This document shows, one piece after another, positions 11,501 to 21,083 of a stretch of DNA of 64,000 nucleotides; position 1 is the stretch's first letter; each line of letters starts with the position of its first letter. This DNA comes from Trypanosoma brucei (taxonomy: Eukaryota), in contig AE017150.2 in NCBI GenBank assembly GCA_000002445.1, positions 992,001-1,056,000 on the forward strand, given 5' to 3'. The notes under the pieces were generated by a model that had not been told where the DNA came from, did not search any database, and was given only the letters and a program-made list of their open reading frames with translations. A program made the translations under genes and the position numbers.

Positions 11501-14500
11501 CTGGACCACAGTCCTCATCTGTGTCTGCTTGTGGCGGGGATTCCCACAACGCGGCGTCTGCGCTGTGTGTGGAGGAAGGGCAAAGTAGTAAGCAGAGACA
11601 AGAACCATGTCCAAAATTTTTCTCGGAGGCACAGTGGCTGAAACCAAGTAGCAAAGGCGACACTAGAGTTACGCTCATGGGTGGCGCGCCACCGTCATCG
11701 CTGCCACAACGCAATCATTATGGGGAGGGGAAAACACCCTCGTGCTTGCCCTGTGTTACCGCAGCAGGCATGCCCACTCCCCGAGATCCCCGACTGGAGC
11801 GCCAGGTGAGGCCATCCAGCAGAAGACTCAGCATTCCAGTGGAGCCGGATCAAGCTAGTTACGCAACGACTTGCAGTATGTCGGACCCCCAAAGGGGGGA
11901 GGGTTTGCCCTCCCTGGGCCCTTTGGCAACCACATGTGGAATGGAATTGGCGCCATCTACGCAGCGTAGAGCCCACCGTTGTTTTCCTTCCTCAGCTTCC
12001 TCCGACCACACGACATGTGCATACTCACAGCGGCTGTTCTCGCTAACCCCCGCTCGGGGGGCCTCGCATGATGCTGAGGTCTCCTGTAAGATTGACACAC
12101 CCGGTGTTCCTGATGCAGAAAAAGTTAGAACTTCTACCACGCCCGATGCTTTTTCATGCCCAGGTATAAGCACAAAGGTGAAATACGACCCTGGCCTTTC
12201 TCTCCCATCCTTGAAGGCAGCACGGGGACCACCGTGTTCCATGACATCTTGCTTCCCATTCGACCCAATCCTTACGGGACCCCCCGGTGTTGTGGAGCCC
12301 GTGGAGCACTGCGGAATCTCGCAGGGCCCAGCACTCTGCAGACAGAGGGAACAGCCACAACTGCCCGATGCCTCGGTTGCATGCTCTGGGGGCTCCCCAA
12401 CCCTCACTTGCAAGCAAGTGGCTCATGCGAGCCAAAACAGCGTGCACACCGACATCAAGAAGAAGCAAATTTCTGACGGCGGTAGTGACAGCAGCGCACG
12501 GAGCGCAGAAGGCAGCGAGGATGATGTGCTGCACAGTGCCATGTCTGCACCTTCTAAGGTGAGAACGCTTGTTGTGGTCGACCAGGGTTGTGGACACGTG
12601 ATTGGTGCCGGGAACGATGACGGTGGGCCTTTCCTAAGAACTGGCGGCTCTCATGAGGGATACGAGGTTGACGAGGTGGTGAAATGGGGCGATGGTTGCG
12701 GTGACGTGCCTTCGAAGGTGTTGGGTGAGCTGTTTGATGTTTTTGTTTTGGGTTGCAACGCTGCTATCCTTACTGCAGAGAGTGGTTCCTCAACCGTGTC
12801 ATCAACTGTGCTTAGGGGTCTCGTACGGAATGTGCTTTCAGAGGTTGTTGATGCTTCGGGCCTCCAGAATTCCAACCGTAGAGGATTGCTCAGCTTATCG
12901 ATTGTGAAATTGAGCGGAGAGCGCATGCTTGATCTGCTGGATGATAGCAGCGAGCCGGAGAGGTTGGTCATAGCTATGTCGCCGATCTTCGGCCCGTGTG
13001 TTCACAACGCCCGCCGGTTTCCTGTTAGCAGCTGCAGCGGGTTCGACTCGCTACTGGCATCAGCCCTTCGTCGCGCCAAGAACGCAGGGGTCGATGATGG
13101 GTTGGTGTTCGTCTCAGTTGTACTAAAGCAGAAGCTGAAAGCGGATGGGGATGTCCTTGTCTCATCTCTCGCAGTCAGTTTGGCAGGGGAAAACGTTGAC
13201 CTCTACACATCCGTGCTGAACCGTGTCTCGCGCGCACCGCGTGCGCTATTTCACTACGCATTGGGTGGACCGTGTTATACTGTAGCGTTGCTTAGTATTG
13301 ATGTCGCAACGACTCAGACCGAAAATATGCTGCGCGTGCAGAAGTGTATTGGAGAGGTGGTGAACCGGCCGATACACCGCGGAAGCATCGTGAAGTTTAT
13401 TAGCGGAATCCGGGATGATCTCGTGCCTAGTCTTCGTGAAAAGTTTCAAGGGTCGAATAAATGTGAGCCGTCAGATAATATATTGTACCGGCTCGAGGAA
13501 ATGGTGCGAGACGCAGAATTGCTTTTGGAGAATTTCGAGTCGAATGACCCCCGCGCATATCTTAGTGACAAAGAGACAAGGTCGCCTAAGGGGTGCGTGT
13601 CGCTCCTAGAGACCAAAGCCAGAACCGGGGACGAGGGGAGGGTTCATTCACTTTTATTCTTCGAGCAACGACTCCTTAGTGATGGTACCGCTGGTGTGCA
13701 AGGTAACTCCGTATTTACCCGAGCAGGGGCGATTACCCGCCGCTATGGCGTCGACGAGGTGGTGTTGCGTGGGCCCGACAGCGACAGTAATGCTACTCTG
13801 TGTTCACGTCTTCTTGATGAGCTCGTTCGGAAGTTTATGTCGGGGCATTGCACTGCTGTTCTTGCCGCAGATAGCCACAACTCCGCTTCCACACCGCTTA
13901 TCCTCCGCAAGATAGTGTACCTTATCCTGCAGAGTACGAAAGCAGGGGTGGGTTGCGGGCCGGTGGGTGGCGACTTGCTCCTCTCAATGGCGCTCGTTAA
14001 GAACGGTGTTACGGTGGATCTATTGGCAGCTGAAGAATCCGAGGCGGTTCACCGCTTCGGGGTGGAAATATCACCACTCTTCGACCGCCACGTACGGGGA
14101 GTGTCGCATCGCGTTGTCGCCGACACTGAGGCTTTTGACCGTTTTTTAGTTGGGGCTGTCGAGCACGTCGTACCCACCCTACAAGCCGAGGATCCCGGCC
14201 TGATGGTTGTTTCCTTAAAGTTAACACACCATGTGGAAGAACCTGTACACGACGTGTTTGTTTCCTCGCTCATGGTGACCACCGTATTCGATCACGTTTC
14301 CCACTACAGCGACATTTTGTCAAACCGCTCTAGTGAGCTCACGGACCTTTTCAAGCTCGCGTTGGGGGGGCCATGTTTCACTATCGTCGCGCTTGGATTG
14401 TGTGACGAAGATGATGATGCGGAAGCCTTGCTTTCCGTGCAAACTAAGCTTTCCCAGGTGCGAAACCTGCCGTCTCATCGCACGAGTGCTCTACGGCGCA

Positions 14501-14688
14501 TGGATGAACTTACGAAAACAATTCAGGTGCTGGGGGTCCAGCTTCAGGAAGAAGAAAGTGAGGAAGAAAAGGCCCAACTCCGCGTGAGGATCGTCCGTGC
14601 AAGGCGTTTCCTGCTAGAAGTTGAGTCACTCCTCAAGAACCCACCACGGGAAATGGGCTGCGTACGCGCTTACAAGTCGGTGCACTGA
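8506..14688 (+). CDS. Large (2060 aa) protein with a ~700-aa S/G-rich low-complexity N-terminus followed by three degenerate kinesin-motor-like modules (pseudokinesin-like); paralogue of the next two genes
   Basis: ORF track 8458..14688 starts at GTG; the first ATG is at 8506. Each module follows the kinesin motor skeleton with catalytic motifs degenerate: GSRVV in place of SSRSH, and LFHEALGGPYFTVVVSSLCERD resembling LLQDSLGGNSKTLMIATISP. Other module versions are ALGGPCYTVALLSI and ALGGPCFTIVALGLC. Modules end with coiled-coil plus [LM]L.[ND]P...Y motifs (LLENFESNDPRAY; LLKNPPREMGCVRAY). Confidence 0.6.
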   Translation: MSDVEGSISFSNVESHILASEAVMQHQEVVDTFSDGWNSPTGVHVTGNNDRGSIVCNTAEWATGSDGLDDGDLGRRRSSIYLDAKDGDGPVSVAQGRSTIDNVALTVDTRPSDLAATLEGENYPYYDLDYVCSYAFQSEHADLNSHDYGLDAFIHGMRLGPWPLQSTVTTSPPRVLDGQSNRLAQFGGLQSSLTVASESPLRNDVGVLREANSLQDKTSPNGTSERWLRWSFRAFDGKCNLPQGTTRGCDTLGVSESSLYDVDMVLGLLCTDNGIPGVLSSGSCSEGHTQKASEICMGVMRRGDSGSNNELMLFPRHDDRGTGALTNGTSGAVYPRCSEDIIGAPTGVVNAQPLRTEEGKASGNVELTMVGDVLPKTFSCPSAASDFVGAEGPLGDVKEGTGLSLPSKALPISAILTDRARGRVGTPSCNSLVDSLIGGMEYPYFSGLKGDSNLIISSPLPSRQSICTAEEGEGAILSAEGVSVGMERECEQYLQSHISCSVGVHLRCGTELRSINPCIARCGDSRPGSTCRPASCSLDKNQGVGQGVCMGGSEQLSIQKRSREKAVQGPGRMNGSSISLVAGAESITASQSFVRPPAAVVSRKRWHPCSELSTGGVSGSHTVKVAEDGMCLVEGGSSPIIRVSRERQSVPSNRVRLIVLNHKTGTGQNDVQTAVNLRGESTLEVCPPQGLPHFFSVDEYLECTDDNDMCSVTLAELQGKFLRGMNVAMFVAGSESVPLSGWCAVFEVMNHVFRDINDECELFMSVVLIRQESARDLLSESEGGVRTLSSSVMAPWVAFENVTHMKLKSAHHFITLLSRGLEVADLKHNCVGSRVVLSVMLKQIDVNDVILSSMLVTGGATPNDLDVLLREGDQSARKLFHEALGGPYFTVVVSSLCERDRDLLQLLSAQHKFTSVVNQPCTVGSVSRLIDNAEAEVAGCSTDDQIVLERKQFLLERIALAKHIMYNPKGLSLVVDVEESVRLEKRVHCGVKFDKQPFPGPQSSSVSACGGDSHNAASALCVEEGQSSKQRQEPCPKFFSEAQWLKPSSKGDTRVTLMGGAPPSSLPQRNHYGEGKTPSCLPCVTAAGMPTPRDPRLERQVRPSSRRLSIPVEPDQASYATTCSMSDPQRGEGLPSLGPLATTCGMELAPSTQRRAHRCFPSSASSDHTTCAYSQRLFSLTPARGASHDAEVSCKIDTPGVPDAEKVRTSTTPDAFSCPGISTKVKYDPGLSLPSLKAARGPPCSMTSCFPFDPILTGPPGVVEPVEHCGISQGPALCRQREQPQLPDASVACSGGSPTLTCKQVAHASQNSVHTDIKKKQISDGGSDSSARSAEGSEDDVLHSAMSAPSKVRTLVVVDQGCGHVIGAGNDDGGPFLRTGGSHEGYEVDEVVKWGDGCGDVPSKVLGELFDVFVLGCNAAILTAESGSSTVSSTVLRGLVRNVLSEVVDASGLQNSNRRGLLSLSIVKLSGERMLDLLDDSSEPERLVIAMSPIFGPCVHNARRFPVSSCSGFDSLLASALRRAKNAGVDDGLVFVSVVLKQKLKADGDVLVSSLAVSLAGENVDLYTSVLNRVSRAPRALFHYALGGPCYTVALLSIDVATTQTENMLRVQKCIGEVVNRPIHRGSIVKFISGIRDDLVPSLREKFQGSNKCEPSDNILYRLEEMVRDAELLLENFESNDPRAYLSDKETRSPKGCVSLLETKARTGDEGRVHSLLFFEQRLLSDGTAGVQGNSVFTRAGAITRRYGVDEVVLRGPDSDSNATLCSRLLDELVRKFMSGHCTAVLAADSHNSASTPLILRKIVYLILQSTKAGVGCGPVGGDLLLSMALVKNGVTVDLLAAEESEAVHRFGVEISPLFDRHVRGVSHRVVADTEAFDRFLVGAVEHVVPTLQAEDPGLMVVSLKLTHHVEEPVHDVFVSSLMVTTVFDHVSHYSDILSNRSSELTDLFKLALGGPCFTIVALGLCDEDDDAEALLSVQTKLSQVRNLPSHRTSALRRMDELTKTIQVLGVQLQEEESEEEKAQLRVRIVRARRFLLEVESLLKNPPREMGCVRAYKSVH

Positions 14689-16410
14689 GGCTGGTGTGCC
14701 TCCATTCTGACGTTTATTACTCCAAGCCTCATCTACTTGTCACTTTGTGTGCTAGCATGAAGGTACTTGTGCACTACTGCCGAACGCTCGCACCCCTATG
14801 GGTCCGGTTGAGCTGTGGAAGTGGGTACACACTTCTAGTATGTTGGGTTTCCCCACCTTAACACTACCTCTGGTTGCGTTGCCCATTCGGTGGCTCGGAT
14901 ACGCCAAAATTTGTGTGTGCGTCGTTATATAAATGTCATACACACGCGCGTATATATATATATATATATGTACCCCATAAGTGTTCCCTTCTCCCTGCTG
15001 GTGCACGCTGCTGCTACCAAGATACCGCTTGTTTACTTCGATAAATTTGCTTCTCCCACGTGCCGTTGAAGGGCGGTAAGGGTGAAAAGCGATACCTTTG
15101 TCTCGCTGCCGCGGGGGAGCTAGGGCGGGACTTCGCTTTACCTCTTTCTGAGGGTTTCTGTAAGCCGATCTCTCTTCCGCAGAGAGTGGTAAGTATAATG
15201 TGTGTGTGTGTGTTTAGTGTATTCCCTTCCTGCGCATCGTCTTAAGTGCTTAGTACATTTTTTAGTTTTTTTTCGTGTTGCCGTAAATTTATCTCTTTCT
15301 TTCATCGCCTTTGTTATCTGCAATGCGTCCGCATTTGGGAAAAGGTAGGAAGGAGTGTTCCCTTCGTGAACGTAGTGAGTGGTTGGAAATAAAGTGAGCC
15401 GTGTGTGCTGACCGTCACGCGCGTTTTTTTTTTGTGTGTGTGTGTGTGTTTATTTCAATTTTGCTGTGTTTTTGCGGTTATTCGATGGGAACCCACCCTT
15501 CCCCCCTCCCCTAGAGTTTTTTACACGTGTTGGGCGGAAGGTCATAGTAGCGACCCGAGGAAGTACCGACACAGCCTCTTTTTATTTTTTATATACCATT
15601 TACTTACGTGTTCTCCCCCTTTGTACCACTGCTACTGTTTTGGGGTCGCGCTCCGTTGACGCGGAGTCACTTACATCGATGAATAGCATGTGTGCCCATT
15701 GTATTTTTTTCCAGGTATCCTCTGCTTACTACTAATAATAATGAATGCACCGCGGAAACTAAATAGCGATCGCTTCATACGACTTGTTGTTGCGGTGACT
15801 AGGGCGCCCTTCCCAAGGGCAGCACGGAAGGTTTTGTCGGGATAACATCATGTCTTCATTCTTTCATTCCTTTTACTCTTGCACACCGATAACGTAGCAA
15901 GTCGCGAATAGGATCGGCAGCTTCACTGAGAAGGTCTTTGCAATGCACTGAGCAAAACCCCTGTGAGGGCACGCCGCTGAAACTGGTAATTATATTTCAG
16001 AGTGAGAAGATTCAACTGCCGAATCCACGGCTGCACAAGTCTCCGTATTGCATCTCGGTAAAATCTGAGCTGGCGCGGAGAATTCTGTGTGGGCTTGGGG
16101 AGCAGTTACATAGCATCTTTGGACGGGAATAATACCCCTTGTACCCAAGAAGGGATCCTGTCGGATGTGCTCCGACTTACTTTGTAGTCACGCACACACA
16201 CATGCTCGGCAATCTTCCTCATCTGTGTTGTCAGCACGGTTCCCAGACCTCTACGATACTTGTTTTTACCGTCGACGGCGTGGCGCCATGCCTCGGAGGT
16301 TACACGTTTCATGCGAGTCACATACGTTCTTGGGTTTGTCCCACTTTCCAACTTGGTGTAAGACGTTCCGTGGTCAGCCCGGCCTAGTTAGTTGTTCAAA
16401 CGCCTCTGTT

Positions 16411-16446
16411 TCCCTCCCCCTCTCCTATTTCTACGTTTCTCAAAAG
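16411..16446 (+). promoter_or_regulatory. Polypyrimidine tract plus AG: putative trans-splice acceptor for the 16515 gene
   Basis: cgcctctgtttccctccccctctcctatttctacgtttctcaaaag lies upstream of the first ATG at 16515. Confidence 0.45.
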
Positions 16447-16514
16447 CTGTCTTTGGTTTCAGAAAGAGGAGCGAAAGCAAGGGAAGTCAAGCAAGTAAGT
16501 TTTGTAACCGTAAA

Positions 16515-19500
16515 ATGATGAGAAAGAACTTGAACTCAAACGACGTCAGCCAGCCGCATTCTACTACAACATTGGACACAAACCCGGCATCGTACGGTAC
16601 GGTGCGTAACCCCCTGCATTCAGTGGTTGGGCCTACGGGTTACGGAGCACAACCACCCATATCGTCTCCAGCGACTTGGGTGAACAACCATTCGGCAGCC
16701 TTTGCCGCCCAGGGCCTGGGACCACACTGTGGAGCCCCCGGCGGTAGACCCTTCCCAGTGGTGCGTGGTTCAACGAATCGCGGAGATTCATATACAGAGC
16801 TTCAATGCCCAGTGGCAGGGTCAGGGCCAACCAACCCGTATGGGAATCGAACCGCGATCGACAAACTTCCTGGCTTGGAGGGCGGCCGATTTGATTGTGG
16901 AGGAGCCGGTCAGCGGCGCGGCCCATTACTCGGGGTATCGGGGGACCTCTATGGCGTGACAGGAATCAGTAATTCCACATCCAGAGGAAACGATCGACAC
17001 AACGGATCCATGTATGGCACGAACCCCACGTACAGCAAGACCTCGAGAACGGGTTCCATGTATGGCATGGGTTCCATGTATGGCAGAACATCGAGAATAG
17101 GTTCCATGTATGGCATGGGTTCCATGTATGGCAGAACATCAAGAACAGGTTCCATGTATGGCATGGGTTCCATGTATGGCAGAACATCGAGAATAGGTTC
17201 CATGTATGGCAGAACATCGAGAATAGGTTCCATGTATGGCAGAACATCAGGAACAGGTTCCATGTATGGGATGGGCTCAATTTATGGCATGGGTTCCATG
17301 TATGGCAGAACATCAAGAACAGGTTCCATGTATGGTCCGCGGATGGAATATGGCCCGATATACGGCGTGGGAGGGCCCATGGGTTCCATGTACGGTCCGC
17401 AGATGGGATACGGCCCGATATACGGTGTGGGAGGGCCCACGGGTTCCATGTACGGTCCGCAGATGGGATACGGCCCGATATACTGTGTGGGGCCCATGTA
17501 CGGCCGACCATCGAGGACAGATTCCGTGTACGGTCCGCAGATGGGACACGGCCCGATGTACTGTGTGGGAGGGCTGCTCTACAACAAAGCATTTCAGGAG
17601 GGTGACCCAGGCCGAGGCCCCACCGTACCTAAATCCGCGCCGTGCAACTCCAGCACTCCTTCCGCAGGAGTTACAACAAAGCCTGACGCGGAACCGGACA
17701 GGGAAGAGAAGGAGCCACGCGTTACTGGCGGAAAGAAGCCTACCACTTTCACCAACAAAGGACCCGCTGCCGAGACCGCCAAGAAACCCTGCGACCTGGA
17801 TTCTGGAAACGGGAAAGTAAAACACTCTCCTGTTGCTCAGGTTCCGCCTGACAACAGCGTTCGCACACTAATGGTGGTGAGCAGTGAGGCAGGACCGCAA
17901 GTAACAATAAAAGAGGAGGAGCGGAAGGTGGGCGTGGCGAGCAGTGGCGAGGAGGTCGTTTACTACGAAGGTGACGAGGTCGTGCACGGGGATGAGATCA
18001 CTGTGGAAAAGTCTGCACTTCTACAAATGATCGTCCAGCAGGTGGAACTGGGCCACAACACCGCTCTCATTTTGTCCGACAGTACACCGCAGCAGACTCT
18101 CTCTGCGTGCGTCACTACATCCGTAATGAAATCCATATTGGCGGCACTCAGGAAGGGTGAGACGGAAAATGGAACCAAATACGAGGTTTTGGCGACTGCA
18201 GCGGATGTGCCAACGATCGCGACCGCCAGAGATCTTCTGGCCGTGGAGAGCGAGGCAGTGAAAATTGCTCGATATGGCTCCAATCCCATGTTGGGTGCGT
18301 GCCTGATGGACCTGCAGGAGACAGTGCTACGGGACGATGCTGATGTCGATGTGTTTGTACAAGAGGCACTGAAAAAGTCATCGGGCACTGCGGCATTGGG
18401 TGTTATGCATGCGACGTTGAAGCAGATCAGAAAAACCAGCAGCGCTGCACCTACGGTGTACGTCTCCTCTTTCGTATGCCTGTTCGTGAAGGATGGGGTC
18501 GAACACCTCCAAGATCTTCTTGACATGAATGGGAAGGTTGTGCCTCTCCCACTTGCGAAGAGTGTTTTGGGCGGAGGCAGCTGTGTGGTTGCCGTGGTTG
18601 GTGCATCAGGTAAGGACGTGGCAGTGGACGCGAAGATCCTGAGCAACACCGCTGCGCTGCGGGGGGTAAAAAACACACCGCCACGGAGTGGTAACGTCGC
18701 CCGTTTTGTTGAGTTTGCGGAGACCCAGTTCACGGAATGTAAAGCTGCCATTGAACGTTCGAAGGAAGCGGCGGAGCGAGAGCGCCACGAGCGGACGCTT
18801 CGGAGGTTGGAGATCATGCTCTCGGACGCGCGGAAGCTGCTGTCGGACCCTGAGGAGACGCGGGCAAAAGTGTATCCACCAAGCCGAGAGTCAGTGAAGA
18901 ACGGCTCTGTCGAGAACGATGGCGGGAATGTGAGAAATGGTGCCTCCATAGAGGATGACAGACCCAGCGCCGCCACGTTAGCACCAGCTCCCGCGTCTGC
19001 TGATTCTCTGACCGAGCCAAAGGAGCAGGAGGTGATTGGGGCTCCTGCCCCAGCACACACCACAGAACCGTGGGAAAAGACCGCCAAAATCATTGTAACT
19101 GCGGGGTCGGGGCCCTCGAACGGCACCGCTGAGGTTGTTGCAGGAGGCGAGAAGAAAACTGACGAAGTTGATGAATATATCCAACGCACCGGCGTAAGAC
19201 CTGTGGATTCCGTTATTGCAAAGCGTATGGAGGGTATTCTTACCCAAGGATACAACGTAGCCCTCTTGTCTGCGGAGATGGTGCCTGACGAAGTTACAGG
19301 GGATCAGGTGACATGGAGTCTCGTGAAGGCGATCCTGAAGGGTGCACTAAGCAAAAAGGATGGCGTAACAAATGAGTGTACCCTGCAGATGAGCATCCTC
19401 AGAGGTGACAAAGTCGTGCTGGACCTGCTTGGATCGTCAGAAAAGCGACAGCTTGTTGTCGCAAGGTCTCCAATATTTGGTGTGACGGTACAGGGAGCTA

Positions 19501-21083
19501 CAACAAAGGTGGTGGGGAGTGCGGTACAAGTGGAACCTGTGCTCGAGGCCGCTTTGATGGAGGCGAAAGATGCCTTTAAGGACAGTGGATATATTGTCTT
19601 CACGGCAGTGCTGAAGCAGGTAACCGCCGCTGATGTAAGCGTTTCGTCATTATTTGTCGTGAGCGCTCCCGACATGCAGCCGTTCGTGGATGCGCTGGAG
19701 AAAAAGGAGACGCATCCGCATGCATTGTTCGCGCACGCACTCCTGGGTCCGTGTTCGTGTGCCCTACTCGTCAGCTATCGGGATGTGGATGACAATGTAC
19801 TTAAGGCTCTTGACGCGCACCGTGAAATAACGCTGAAGAACAACAAGCAACCGGGTGGAAGCGTCAGAAAGTTTGTTGGCGTGGTGGAGCAGTCCATAAC
19901 GGCTGCTGAAGAGAAACTAAAGAGTGTGGATGATGCAAAGGAGAGGGAGCGACATGAGCAAGTCTTGCGCGACAAGAAACAGGCTCTGCACGACGCACAA
20001 AAACTTCTGGAAAAGCCCAACGAAACACAGCCCGTCGCGTACGTTCCGTCGATATCCCAGGAGTCCGGAGGGGCCGATTCCACTGTTCGCGTGGTCGCAG
20101 TCCTCACCGATAAACGTGATGGAAAGAAGCGCAATGTTATTGCCAAGGACAACGGGTTCACGATCAAAACTTCTGTGGAGGAAACGGAGTTCCCAGCTGA
20201 TGAGGTGGTGAGGCGCATAGGTCAGGCAGCGAAAATCCGTTCATCTTCGGTCGATTTTCTCATTGATCACTTTGTAAAGGGGTACAACGTCGCCCTCCTC
20301 ACGGCCGATGTCGATGGTTTCTCGACAGGAGAGAACCTGTTGGAACACACGGTCCGCAGCGTCTTCACGAAGAAAAATGCGGACGGAGAACTGTTTGTTG
20401 TGCTTGCTTCTATCAAGGCTGATTGCTGCTCAGCGAAGGATCTGCAACGCGATGGCGCTACGTACGACCAACTGCAGTGCGCTTCTTCACCACTGTTCGG
20501 GCCCTGTGTTGCTGATGCGAAGTTTGAACTTGCGACAACTCCGGATACGCTGCTGCGGAAAGTGAGGTCCGCCATTCAGGTATGCGAGGCAGACAAATCT
20601 ACGCTTTTGTGTCTTTTTGTTTACAAGGAGCGGAAGCCCGCGGATGGTGACGTCTTCCTGTCTTCATTTTTCTTTTTCCTAGCCGGGAGTAGAGTGGATA
20701 TTTACACTCAAGCTCTGGAGAAGCGTCAGAAGGAACGGGGTCTGTTCCAGTATGCGCTTGGTGGTCCATGCCTCACTGCCTTCGCCCTCGGTCTCTCGAC
20801 GAGTAACAGCGATGTTGAAACAGCCACAGCCTTCGTTAGGCTGGCAAAAAAAGTTCGCGGGAGTAAAATCGGCACCATCCGCACTGGTGGTATACAACGC
20901 TTTGTGGCCTTCTCGACAAAGGCCCTTGAACAACTACGCGTCTTGCAGGAGAAGGCACCGGAGAGTGACAGGGGGCGACTCAGAGAGAGCAGTACGAACG
21001 TGGAAAAGGTGCTTGCTGACGCAGAGGAACTCTTGCGCAACCCAGAAGGTCGTGCACCACCACTCTACAAGCAAGAGCGATAA
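16515..21083 (+). CDS. Pseudokinesin-like protein (1522 aa) with N-terminal Y/G/M-rich tandem repeats and three degenerate kinesin-motor-like modules
   Basis: ORF track 16392..21083 starts at TTG; the first in-frame ATG is at 16515. Module motifs are GHNTALILSDS / GYNVALLSAEMVPDEVTG / GYNVALLTADVDGF and VLGGGSCVVAVVG / ALLGPCSCALLVSY / ALGGPCLTAFALGLS. Each module is followed by an ERERHE coiled coil and LLSDPEETRAKVY / LLEKPNETQPVAY / LLRNPEGRAPPLY. Confidence 0.6.
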   Translation: MMRKNLNSNDVSQPHSTTTLDTNPASYGTVRNPLHSVVGPTGYGAQPPISSPATWVNNHSAAFAAQGLGPHCGAPGGRPFPVVRGSTNRGDSYTELQCPVAGSGPTNPYGNRTAIDKLPGLEGGRFDCGGAGQRRGPLLGVSGDLYGVTGISNSTSRGNDRHNGSMYGTNPTYSKTSRTGSMYGMGSMYGRTSRIGSMYGMGSMYGRTSRTGSMYGMGSMYGRTSRIGSMYGRTSRIGSMYGRTSGTGSMYGMGSIYGMGSMYGRTSRTGSMYGPRMEYGPIYGVGGPMGSMYGPQMGYGPIYGVGGPTGSMYGPQMGYGPIYCVGPMYGRPSRTDSVYGPQMGHGPMYCVGGLLYNKAFQEGDPGRGPTVPKSAPCNSSTPSAGVTTKPDAEPDREEKEPRVTGGKKPTTFTNKGPAAETAKKPCDLDSGNGKVKHSPVAQVPPDNSVRTLMVVSSEAGPQVTIKEEERKVGVASSGEEVVYYEGDEVVHGDEITVEKSALLQMIVQQVELGHNTALILSDSTPQQTLSACVTTSVMKSILAALRKGETENGTKYEVLATAADVPTIATARDLLAVESEAVKIARYGSNPMLGACLMDLQETVLRDDADVDVFVQEALKKSSGTAALGVMHATLKQIRKTSSAAPTVYVSSFVCLFVKDGVEHLQDLLDMNGKVVPLPLAKSVLGGGSCVVAVVGASGKDVAVDAKILSNTAALRGVKNTPPRSGNVARFVEFAETQFTECKAAIERSKEAAERERHERTLRRLEIMLSDARKLLSDPEETRAKVYPPSRESVKNGSVENDGGNVRNGASIEDDRPSAATLAPAPASADSLTEPKEQEVIGAPAPAHTTEPWEKTAKIIVTAGSGPSNGTAEVVAGGEKKTDEVDEYIQRTGVRPVDSVIAKRMEGILTQGYNVALLSAEMVPDEVTGDQVTWSLVKAILKGALSKKDGVTNECTLQMSILRGDKVVLDLLGSSEKRQLVVARSPIFGVTVQGATTKVVGSAVQVEPVLEAALMEAKDAFKDSGYIVFTAVLKQVTAADVSVSSLFVVSAPDMQPFVDALEKKETHPHALFAHALLGPCSCALLVSYRDVDDNVLKALDAHREITLKNNKQPGGSVRKFVGVVEQSITAAEEKLKSVDDAKERERHEQVLRDKKQALHDAQKLLEKPNETQPVAYVPSISQESGGADSTVRVVAVLTDKRDGKKRNVIAKDNGFTIKTSVEETEFPADEVVRRIGQAAKIRSSSVDFLIDHFVKGYNVALLTADVDGFSTGENLLEHTVRSVFTKKNADGELFVVLASIKADCCSAKDLQRDGATYDQLQCASSPLFGPCVADAKFELATTPDTLLRKVRSAIQVCEADKSTLLCLFVYKERKPADGDVFLSSFFFFLAGSRVDIYTQALEKRQKERGLFQYALGGPCLTAFALGLSTSNSDVETATAFVRLAKKVRGSKIGTIRTGGIQRFVAFSTKALEQLRVLQEKAPESDRGRLRESSTNVEKVLADAEELLRNPEGRAPPLYKQER
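17005..17585 (+). repeat. Intragenic tandem repeats: 33/51-nt units (GSMYG[MGSMYG]RTSR[IT]G) then 60-nt units (GSMYGPQMGYGPIYGVGGPT)
   Basis: ggttccatgtatggcatgggttccatgtatggcagaacatcgagaataggt repeats directly. Overlapping alternate-frame and antisense ORFs (16949..17263-, 16966..17592-, 17236..17820+) are repeat shadows. Confidence 0.85.

Noticed and set aside
17963-19255. 430-aa minus-strand ORF (also 9282..9851-, 11859..12413-, 12154..12597-, 19304..19675-, 19775..20218-, 26776..27168-, 26945..27349-)
   Set aside because: All lie antisense to confirmed + strand genes with strong motif support. They translate to S/T/A-rich nonsense typical of antisense frames of GC3-rich trypanosome genes, and a strand switch inside a polycistron is implausible.
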